Source of the DNA: a virus
IMG/VR virus record: IMGVR_UViG_3300045988_089644
DNA length: 41,619 bases
Reading direction: 5' to 3' (one strand)
A program made the position numbers and the translations under genes. The notes under the pieces are model-generated. The model worked only from the letters and a program-made list of their open reading frames with translations, searched no databases and had not been told where the DNA came from. This document shows, piece after piece, positions 1 through 6,115 of the stretch. Position 1 is the stretch's first letter. The number at the start of each line of letters is the position of its first letter.

Positions 1-55
1 ATATATTCTTTTCATACATGACTTGAGCTAGTAATATTTTCATATGATTATTATC
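1..55. repeat. Terminal exact direct repeat, copy 1 (identical to 41565..41619); overlap of a circular or circularly permuted genome assembly
   Basis: Read directly: ATATATTCTTTTCATACATGACTTGAGCTAGTAATATTTTCATATGATTATTATC occurs at both window ends. Most of it is coding sequence of the 41410..41607 HTH gene, so it is not an intergenic att or cos site. Confidence 0.95.
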
Positions 56-142
56 TGCTTATCTAAAAAATATATCCGTATATGCTATAAAATATTTTCT
101 CTTTAATGTATAATATTATCAAATCATACAAGCAGGAGGAAG

Positions 143-814
143 ATGCAAATGAAACCGACAAAACGAATGTTGATAACTGTATTCCTTGGATTCTTAGGAG
201 TACATAAGTTTATGGATAGGAAGATTGGAATGGGGTTCTTATACCTGTTCACAATGGGACTTGGAGGTATAGGGTGGATAGTTGATTCATGTAAGGCTAT
301 CGCCGGGTGGTGCAAGTGGATTGCATCGCCAAATAAACACGCTATGGATTTTTCCAAACCTAAGGGTAGACGTTATCAGAATACCCCTTATCATCATCCA
401 GAAACGATACCTGAACCTGAACCCGTGTACAATTTCAACCAGCCTTACGATGATATGGACGGTCACACATTTGAACATTATTGTGCTGACTTATTAACTG
501 AAAACGGTTATGAGAATGTTGAAGTAACAAAAGGAAGTGGAGACCAAGGGCTTGACGTTATTGCATACCGGGATGGTGTTAAGTATGGAATACAATGTAA
601 ATGCTATTCTTCTGACATCGGAAACAAGGCTGTTCAGGAAGCATTTGCAGGTAAGACATATTATAACTGTCATGTTGCTGCAGTCTTAACGAACAGACAC
701 TTTACCAAATCGGCTAAAGAACTGGCTGAAAGTAATAAAGTATTGTTATGGGATAGGGAAAAACTAGAAGAATTTGTTCAAAATTCACATTATTACAATA
801 CTAATTACAATTAA
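143..814 (+). CDS. Membrane-anchored Mrr-type (PD-(D/E)xK) restriction endonuclease-like protein with N-terminal TM2 domain
   Basis: 223-aa ORF. RBS AGGAGG at 134-139; ATG at 143 or, better spaced, at 149. N-terminus FLGFLGVHKFMDRKIGMGFLYLFTMGLGGIGWIVD fits the TM2 two-helix domain. C-terminus GHTFEHYCADLL..GDQGLDVIAY..GIQCKCY..VLTNRHFTKSA fits the Mrr_cat core. Confidence 0.75.
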   Translation: MQMKPTKRMLITVFLGFLGVHKFMDRKIGMGFLYLFTMGLGGIGWIVDSCKAIAGWCKWIASPNKHAMDFSKPKGRRYQNTPYHHPETIPEPEPVYNFNQPYDDMDGHTFEHYCADLLTENGYENVEVTKGSGDQGLDVIAYRDGVKYGIQCKCYSSDIGNKAVQEAFAGKTYYNCHVAAVLTNRHFTKSAKELAESNKVLLWDREKLEEFVQNSHYYNTNYN

Positions 815-1070
815 GCTACGGTTGGCTACACTTTGGCTACGGTTGAAAAATTGCTAAAAGCGGCATAAATAAAGGCTGTTACGGTTGTTACGGTTACACT
901 TAATACTATATACTTATATATTTTATTTTTTTTAAGGTTTTCACCTTTAATTTTTTTACATTTTTAATTAATAAAAGAAATCCTCTTTTACCGTAGTTAC
1001 CGTAATCACCGCATAAATAAGCCATATTAACCGTAGCTTCAACCGTAGCTAACCGTAGCTTTAAGTGTAA
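811..1070. repeat. Composite iteron-like element, copy A: TACGGT-type repeats on the left, an AT-rich core, and ACCGTA(GC) repeats on the right
   Basis: Left arm: AGCTACGGTT, GGCTACGGTT, GTTACGGTT x2. Right arm: TACCGTAGT, TACCGTAAT, then AACCGTAGCT x3. 985..1070 is identical (86/86 by eye) to 26242..26327. Shared blocks GCATAAATAAAGGCT and TATACTTATATATTTT. Confidence 0.9.
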
Positions 1071-1085
1071 CAGCACGAAAAACAT

Positions 1086-1121
1086 AAAAAAAAGACCCTG
1101 ATTGTTGGAGCAATCAAGGTC
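1086..1121 (-). terminator. Intrinsic terminator on the minus strand
   Basis: Minus strand reads GACCTTGATTG-CTCCAA-CAATCAGGGTC followed by T8. The only stem imperfection is a G-U wobble in the minus-strand RNA, but a C-A mismatch in the plus-strand RNA. Confidence 0.75.
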
Positions 1122-1159
1122 AAGAACTAAATCAAACAAAGAATGAAAGATTCAGCACC
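1086..1159 (-). ncRNA. Candidate small RNA of about 70-75 nt (promoter-to-terminator unit) antisense to the region upstream of int
   Basis: Bounded by a TTGAAT-17-TATAAT promoter (1166..1194) and the hairpin+T8 terminator (1086..1121). No ATG-initiated ORF inside. The 5' end is estimated from promoter geometry only. Confidence 0.45.
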
Positions 1160-1165
1160 AATTTA

Positions 1166-1194
1166 ATTATATCATTTCATTCTTTGTTATTCAA
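1166..1194 (-). promoter_or_regulatory. Sigma-A type promoter on the minus strand (TTGAAT-N17-TATAAT)
   Basis: Minus strand reads CCTTTC TTGAAT AACAAAGAATGAAATGA TATAAT TAAATTGG. One arm of the 14-bp inverted repeat (1135..1148 / 1175..1188) lies in the spacer. Confidence 0.55.
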
Positions 1195-1211
1195 GAAAGG
1201 AATGGTATAAA

Positions 1212-2231
1212 ATGGGAAAAAGAAACCCGAATGGGTATGGGTGTGTAACGAAGCTGTCAGGTAAGCGTTCCCGACCATGGTGCGTTAAGGTGACAATATA
1301 CGATGCAGAAGGGAATGCCAAGCAAACCCCTGTCGGTTATGCAGAAACTGAGGAACAGGCTAATATATTACTTGCACAATATAACAATAACCCCTGGAAC
1401 ATACAGAGGGAAAAAGTCACCCTGTCCGTTTTATTTCAACGCTGGTTGGAGATTAAAGCCCCTAAACTGGGTGGATCCAACCGGGCTGCATTGAAAAGCG
1501 CATATAAACACTTAAATAAATATTATGGTGTGAAATACCGCTCTATAAGAGCTTACCAGATGCAGGAGACGATTGATAATTGCGGATTGAGTTATTCAAT
1601 GCAAGCTGTGATAAAATCCCTATGGGGGCATTTAGACCGCTTTGCGTTTGAATTAGACATAATAGATAAGATGTACTCTCAACTACTCACCAGTGAGCCG
1701 GTACCAGAGACAACACGTGAACCGTTCACACCTGATCAGATTAATGCACTCTGGAAGATTAAGGACGAACCATGGGTGAATACGGTACTTATATTCATTT
1801 ATACCGGATTCAGATTAAACGAATTACTGACTATGAAAACAGATCAGGTGGATATGAGAGAGAAATATTTCAGAGCCGGTTCTAAGACTGCATCTGGAAA
1901 GAATAGAATTGTTCCGATACATCCGCGCATCTTACCGTTTGTGCAGGAACTTGCAGAACAGGGTAACACCTATCTTATCACTTACAAGAATGGTAAGAAA
2001 ATATACAGTGCAACTTACTATAAGTTTTGGGGTCAGATAATGGAGAAAATAGGTGCAGACAAAACACCCCATGAAGCTCGTCATACTTTTGAGACGATGC
2101 TTGACAATGCGAAAGCGAATAAGAAATGTATTGATATGCTCATGGGTCATAAGTCCAAAGACGTAGGAAACAGGGTCTATAATCATAAAACAATAGACCA
2201 GTTACGAGAGACAATAAACCTAATAAAATAA
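1212..2231 (+). CDS. int: Tyrosine recombinase / phage integrase with AP2-like N-terminal arm-binding domain
   Basis: 339 aa. C-terminal HEARHTFETML ... LMGHKSKDVGNRVYNH (H-x-x-R ... Y catalytic signature). N-terminal GKRSRPWCVKV...GYAETEEQA resembles the integrase AP2-type DNA-binding domain. Confidence 0.9.
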   Translation: MGKRNPNGYGCVTKLSGKRSRPWCVKVTIYDAEGNAKQTPVGYAETEEQANILLAQYNNNPWNIQREKVTLSVLFQRWLEIKAPKLGGSNRAALKSAYKHLNKYYGVKYRSIRAYQMQETIDNCGLSYSMQAVIKSLWGHLDRFAFELDIIDKMYSQLLTSEPVPETTREPFTPDQINALWKIKDEPWVNTVLIFIYTGFRLNELLTMKTDQVDMREKYFRAGSKTASGKNRIVPIHPRILPFVQELAEQGNTYLITYKNGKKIYSATYYKFWGQIMEKIGADKTPHEARHTFETMLDNAKANKKCIDMLMGHKSKDVGNRVYNHKTIDQLRETINLIK

Positions 2232-2249
2232 TAAATTTAATACTGAACC

Positions 2250-2270
2250 AGTAACAAATTAGTAACAAAT
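2250..2270 (+). repeat. AGTAACAAATT-AGTAACAAAT tandem 11-mer pair, copy 1 (candidate integrase arm site)
   Basis: Identical 21-mer found again at 2423..2443. Both flank the int/lysin convergent intergenic region. Confidence 0.8.
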
Positions 2271-2308
2271 CATCTCAAAAACAACGTAAAATAGCGGTTT
2301 TTGAGATG
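2271..2308. terminator. Bidirectional hairpin terminator downstream of int
   Basis: CATCTCAAAAAC (2271-2282) pairs perfectly with GTTTTTGAGATG (2297-2308). 14-nt loop. T-rich tracts follow on both strands. Confidence 0.6.
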
Positions 2309-2422
2309 TTTGTTATTTATTATAGCACAAATCAGTACCACTTCAAAGGGTAGAAAATAACGTATTTATGCGGTTTGTTCAGTATTTACCGCTTGCTATA
2401 TCTCATTAAAACTCCCTCATTT

Positions 2423-2443
2423 AGTAACAAATTAGTAACAAAT
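2423..2443 (+). repeat. AGTAACAAATT-AGTAACAAAT tandem 11-mer pair, copy 2
   Basis: Exact copy of 2250..2270, abutting the endolysin stop codon. A partial inverted copy TAATTTGTT follows at about 2452-2460. Confidence 0.8.
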
Positions 2444-3030
2444 TATTTTGCTAATTTGTTTACGATTTTTCTAATAGCTTCATAGTCATAACCTGCCGCA
2501 ATCAACTTCTTTTTTCGCTCAGGATTGTTTCCCCATTTTCCTGCTAAAACTTCTTTTGCAATCGTTTTATTTGACTTTTTCTTTACGGGTGTGATGAATA
2601 ATTTCTGTTCTGCTTTACGTCTTCGGGTAAGTCCTCTGTAGACCTTACCACCTGCTTTATTGTATTCAAGCAATTTTGCAGCAATCGTAGCTCTGGAACG
2701 AGTACCGTTTGCTGTGAGCTGTTTGATAGAGCCAATATTGTAGCAAAACGATACAAGAGCATCTAGCTCGTTCTGATTCCAATTGTACTGCTTGTCATAT
2801 TTTAAAACGAGTGGAAGATATTTTTTATTAAGAGATTCTTCTAGCCATTTTTCTGCTGTTTCCTTAGAAATCTTAAGGCCTCTTTTGATAGTTGTTCTTG
2901 TGATGCTTTTGTCGCTATTTGTAATCCCATACCCAATAGTCCAAACTCCTACTTCATCACGATCTGCGGTTAAGGGGCATCCTTCAAATTTTTTTACTAA
3001 ATCTAAGCAATTTTTACTAATCTTCTTCAT
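2443..3030 (-). CDS. Endolysin: GH24 phage lysozyme with C-terminal CW_7 (Cpl-7 type) cell-wall-binding repeat
   Basis: 195 aa. LVKKFEGCPLTADRDEVGVWTIGYGIT is the T4-lysozyme-like E/D/T region. C-terminal GKWGNNPERKKKLIAAGYDYEAIRKIVN matches the CW_7 motif. Confidence 0.85.
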   Translation of the reverse strand: MKKISKNCLDLVKKFEGCPLTADRDEVGVWTIGYGITNSDKSITRTTIKRGLKISKETAEKWLEESLNKKYLPLVLKYDKQYNWNQNELDALVSFCYNIGSIKQLTANGTRSRATIAAKLLEYNKAGGKVYRGLTRRRKAEQKLFITPVKKKSNKTIAKEVLAGKWGNNPERKKKLIAAGYDYEAIRKIVNKLAK

Positions 3031-3370
3031 GTTCTTCTTCTCCTAATCCAATGATTTTACGAACTTTATCAGGTAATAAGTCTGGGTTAATTTTTCCAAT
3101 ATTTTCTATAATAGAGCCTAATTCCATCATGATGATGTACACACACACACCTGCGGCAACAGGAACTTGAAATCCTAAATCTACAAATTTCTGTGCATAA
3201 TCAATTAAGTATGCAAGAGCCACTAATAATATAGAACCGAATTTGTGATACAACCCCGTCCTCATTATTGATGATTTCCAAATATGATTAGCCGCAGCGG
3301 CAATATTTCCGCTCACTGAATCAAATGCGATAAAAATACACGTAATCAAAGGTAACATAATTTCACTCAT
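3017..3370 (-). CDS. Holin (Phage_holin_4_1 / TcdE-like family)
   Basis: 117 aa with three hydrophobic helices, an ELGSIIENIGK motif and a charged acidic tail. Immediately upstream of and overlapping the endolysin. Confidence 0.8.
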   Translation of the reverse strand: MSEIMLPLITCIFIAFDSVSGNIAAAANHIWKSSIMRTGLYHKFGSILLVALAYLIDYAQKFVDLGFQVPVAAGVCVYIIMMELGSIIENIGKINPDLLPDKVRKIIGLGEEEHEED

Positions 3371-3381
3371 CTTCTTTTCTC

Positions 3382-3906
3382 CTATTTAACAATGACAATT
3401 CCTTTATAGTTATTGCTTGTACAACGCTTTGCATTTTCTTTTGCGGCAGTTGTTACATTTTTCTTTCCGTCAGAAAAACGTAATACCTGCTTTTTATTTG
3501 CATCATACAATAATACAACCGTATGAATCGGGTTTCTTTCTTCAAATAAGACCATCTGCCCTTTTTTCAGATGTGACATTAACTGTTTATCTGTCAGTGA
3601 TGTTTTATAGACCGCTGACCCTTTACAACAGATCTGATTAATTCCTTTGCAAAGTTCTTTCAGCGAATACTTTGCACTACATTTCAGATGTTTTCTTGCA
3701 TAGTCTAAACACTGATGCACATTCTTCTTTTTTCCTCTGAATCTCAGAGCCATGTAGAACGCTACTAAACTACAACCATGGTTCCGAATAAAACTGTCTT
3801 TAAAGTCATGCTGCGATGGTACAGGTATTTTTCTACCTGAATTAAGAATGATTCTAAGTGGAAACTTTTTTTTACTTTTCTTATTTTTATTCCCTACTAC
3901 TTTCAT
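3382..3906 (-). CDS. Putative papain-fold cysteine peptidase-like protein in the lysis cassette
   Basis: 174 aa. Candidate catalytic Cys in NHGCSLVAFY and His in NPIHTVVLLYD. Very basic N-terminus. Assigned from motif spacing only. Confidence 0.35.
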   Translation of the reverse strand: MKVVGNKNKKSKKKFPLRIILNSGRKIPVPSQHDFKDSFIRNHGCSLVAFYMALRFRGKKKNVHQCLDYARKHLKCSAKYSLKELCKGINQICCKGSAVYKTSLTDKQLMSHLKKGQMVLFEERNPIHTVVLLYDANKKQVLRFSDGKKNVTTAAKENAKRCTSNNYKGIVIVK

Positions 3907-3926
3907 TTTTCATCTTCTTTCTGTAC

Positions 3927-3980
3927 ATAAAAACAACCGCCTGTAAGCTCATATAATGCTCATATGACGGTTGTTTTTAT
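3927..3980 (-). terminator. Long hairpin between the tail-fibre accessory genes and the lysis cassette
   Basis: ATAAAAACAACCG (3927-3939) pairs with CGGTTGTTTTTAT (3968-3980). The 28-nt loop has internal CATAT/ATATG pairing. Confidence 0.4.
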
Positions 3981-3996
3981 GTCTGTGATAATTTCC

Positions 3997-4134
3997 CTAT
4001 CTGATTGTTGTTTCTGCTAATTCGGGGCAATCAAGGTCTGTAAGTACTTCTCTTACTTTTTCTTTAATTTTGTCCGGCACATCAGCAAAAGTTTTCTTAC
4101 CCTTAATGATAAGAGTTGCATAGATAATTGCCAT
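3997..4134 (-). CDS. Small conserved phage protein (MAxIYAxLIIKGxKT family), paralog 2
   Basis: Internal ATG at 4132-4134 preceded by AAGGA. MAIIYATLIIKGKKTFADVPDKIKEKV parallels the upstream 35-aa ORF. Confidence 0.55.
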   Translation of the reverse strand: MAIIYATLIIKGKKTFADVPDKIKEKVREVLTDLDCPELAETTIR

Positions 4135-4184
4135 AGTTTGCACATCCTTTCTGAATAATATATTTATGATAAACTGATATAGCA

Positions 4185-4292
4185 TCAGTCACCACCTTCC
4201 AAAATAGCTTTAACGGCTTCTTTTAACTGCTTTGGGACATCATCTAATGTCTTAACACCTTTAATAATTAACGCTGCATAAATCTTTGCCAT
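4185..4292 (-). CDS. Small conserved phage protein, paralog 1 (35 aa, below the ORF-track cutoff)
   Basis: Hand translation: MAKIYAALIIKGVKTLDDVPKQLKEAVKAILEGGD. The stop overlaps the next ORF start (ATGA). Confidence 0.5.
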   Translation of the reverse strand: MAKIYAALIIKGVKTLDDVPKQLKEAVKAILEGGD

Positions 4293-4308
4293 GCTTTTTC
4301 CTCTCTTT

Positions 4309-4575
4309 CTATGCCATCATCTCATAAATCTCACACATTGCTACTTGTGCCTGTGTAATTTCCTCTTCAAGTTTTGTATTCTTTTCTGCTTGAATCTTGA
4401 TATATTCATCTTTGTTGTATTCTGTCAGATTAAATTCATATCCAGAGAATCCCGGTTGTTCACCACTCCCTGATTCGTTTACTTCTTCAATATCTGAATA
4501 AACAAAGACTTTTGTTTCTGTAATCTCTAACCCATCCGGCTTGACTGTGCTTCTCTGTTTCCCATAATCAATCAT
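4309..4575 (-). CDS. Hypothetical acidic protein downstream of the RT (XkdW/XkdX-position tail-fibre accessory protein)
   Basis: 88 aa. Overlaps the RT stop by 4 nt. No motif recognised with certainty. Confidence 0.5.
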   Translation of the reverse strand: MIDYGKQRSTVKPDGLEITETKVFVYSDIEEVNESGSGEQPGFSGYEFNLTEYNKDEYIKIQAEKNTKLEEEITQAQVAMCEIYEMMA

Positions 4576-5702
4576 GCTACTTTCTGTCCTTTCTTAGTGT
4601 ACGGTTTTATGTTGCGTATATAATAATCATCTGCATAAGGTAAAAGCGGTACAATATACTTTTGATACAGACGAAAACTATTCGCAGATTTCAATATTCC
4701 TTTATATGAATTGATTGAACACCACTCTGAATAGTTCATCGTATTGCCTGATTCTACTTTCAACCTGATTGCAGTAAGTTTCTCTTTCATTGTCATGCAG
4801 GTACTCTTTCGAACTAACGTATATTTATAAAAAGTCCTATATCCTAAGAAATCAACACCTCTAATAAATGTCGGAAATACCTGCCAGTTTGCTTTGATTG
4901 TAAGTTTCAATTCCTCACTGAAATAAATGTCAATATCTTCTTTTAATTTAAAAAGTTCTTCTTTTGTTTTCCCGAAGATAGTTATGTCGTCCATGTAACG
5001 ATAATTGTCTTTTACGTGTTTCTGTTCTTTTAACCAATGGTCGAAACTTGAAAAATAGTAATTACCTGAGTACTGTGACAAATAATTACCTATTGGTATA
5101 CCTGTTTCCCGGTCAATATCTTCTTCTAGTAAGTAGATTGCTGTCAGGTCTTCTATTTCAGCTGTTTCTACGCTGTCAATAATTTCATTCAATAACCATA
5201 ATAGTTCACTGTCGTTGAATATTTTTGCATATTTTTCTCTTAATACATCATGATTAATAGATTGATAATAATGTCTTGCATCTAGCTTTAAACAATACTT
5301 ACAATCCTCCGGACGGTTCCACATTGCATCCTGCATTTTATGTAATGCTTTGTGTATTCCTCTGCCCGGTATGGCTGAATAAGTATCAGCCGTTAAATTG
5401 TTTATGATACATGGTTCTATTACTTGTAATATCGCCCACTGACAAATACGGTCAGGAAAGTACGGCAACTTGTAAATCTTTCTTACCTTTTTCCCATCTT
5501 GCTTATGAAACACTTCATATTCAGACGTTTTGTAAGTATGCTTAATAAGCATTTCCTGAATCTCTTTCAAATACTTATCAGGGTCTTTATCAATTTCTTG
5601 AACTTCTCTGTACCAGCCTTTTCCTTTCTTTGCGTGCTTGTGCGCTAATCTCAAATTTTCAATATCATAAATTTTTTCATATAAGTGACTATATCGTTTC
5701 AT
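4572..5702 (-). CDS. Diversity-generating retroelement (DGR) reverse transcriptase
   Basis: Likely start MKRYSHLYEKIYDIENLRLAHKHAKKGK at 5700-5702. Motifs IGNYLSQ (the DGR-typical [ILV]GxxxSQ) and YMDD. Sits directly 3' of a TR/VR pair. Confidence 0.9.
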   Translation of the reverse strand: MKRYSHLYEKIYDIENLRLAHKHAKKGKGWYREVQEIDKDPDKYLKEIQEMLIKHTYKTSEYEVFHKQDGKKVRKIYKLPYFPDRICQWAILQVIEPCIINNLTADTYSAIPGRGIHKALHKMQDAMWNRPEDCKYCLKLDARHYYQSINHDVLREKYAKIFNDSELLWLLNEIIDSVETAEIEDLTAIYLLEEDIDRETGIPIGNYLSQYSGNYYFSSFDHWLKEQKHVKDNYRYMDDITIFGKTKEELFKLKEDIDIYFSEELKLTIKANWQVFPTFIRGVDFLGYRTFYKYTLVRKSTCMTMKEKLTAIRLKVESGNTMNYSEWCSINSYKGILKSANSFRLYQKYIVPLLPYADDYYIRNIKPYTKKGQKVA

Positions 5703-5925
5703 TTTACATTTATCTTTTGTTTTTTTGGTATTTGCAAGTCCGAATCCCAGTCGGCAATTCACCCGGTCGATACGGTTGACATTTCCTTATTTTTTATAAG
5801 TAAAGCGGTATTCTCTTTTGGGGTTGTCATGCACCGCTTATTTTTCTGTTTTGTCGAGTGGCAAGGTTGAAAGAACATATACATGAAAATAGCCGGACAT
5901 GACATCCGGCTGTGTTTTTTTGCAA

Positions 5926-6038
5926 ATATTAAGTGACCCCTGATATTCCGATTACGATTACTGACACTGTTATTCAGATTCCAATAGAACGTACCTGCAT
6001 TAGACCAATTATTCCAATTACTGCCTAGTTGAGTGATT
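5926..6038 (-). repeat. DGR template repeat (TR)
   Basis: 113-bp alignment to 6187..6299 (offset 261). All 26 mismatches fall at plus-strand T in the TR, which is A on the transcribed minus strand. Confidence 0.9.
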
Positions 6039-6115
6039 GTTTTTTCTTTCATTACAGGTAACAATGAATTATCAGAAATTCTTTCAACCTAATTAGTTTA
6101 AAAGTTACAATAAAA

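Noticed and set aside
906-1139. 77-aa minus-strand ORF in the int-upstream region
   Set aside because: It lies entirely within the non-coding iteron element and the terminator. Its composition is dictated by the repeats, there is no RBS, and the equivalent copy B has no matching ORF.
811-1211. The int-upstream repeat region as attP
   Set aside because: The oppositely oriented repeat arms around an AT-rich core look att-like. However, an almost identical element exists 25 kb away, and the canonical attP position (the convergent 3' ends of int and lysin, 2232-2443) has its own duplicated arm-like 11-mers. I kept this as an alternative, not as the call.
2232-2442. tRNA or tmRNA fragment as the integration target within the att region
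   Set aside because: I could not find a cloverleaf-compatible stem pattern or a T-loop GTTCRANNC motif by eye. No tRNA is claimed anywhere in the window.
4572-5762. RT as a group II intron maturase, a retron RT or an Abi-type defence RT
   Set aside because: There is no intron RNA domain context and no msr/msd-like inverted repeats. The adjacent TR/VR pair with adenine-only mismatches and the IGNYLSQ motif point specifically to a DGR RT. The 20-codon N-terminal extension in the ORF track was also dropped in favour of MKRYSHLYE.
5759-6064. 101-aa minus-strand ORF between the fibre gene and the RT
   Set aside because: It is the TR read in the VR frame (LGSNWNNWSNAGTFYW...) and then runs into non-coding spacer. 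It has no RBS and no independent coding signal. It is annotated as the DGR template repeat rather than a gene or an Avd.
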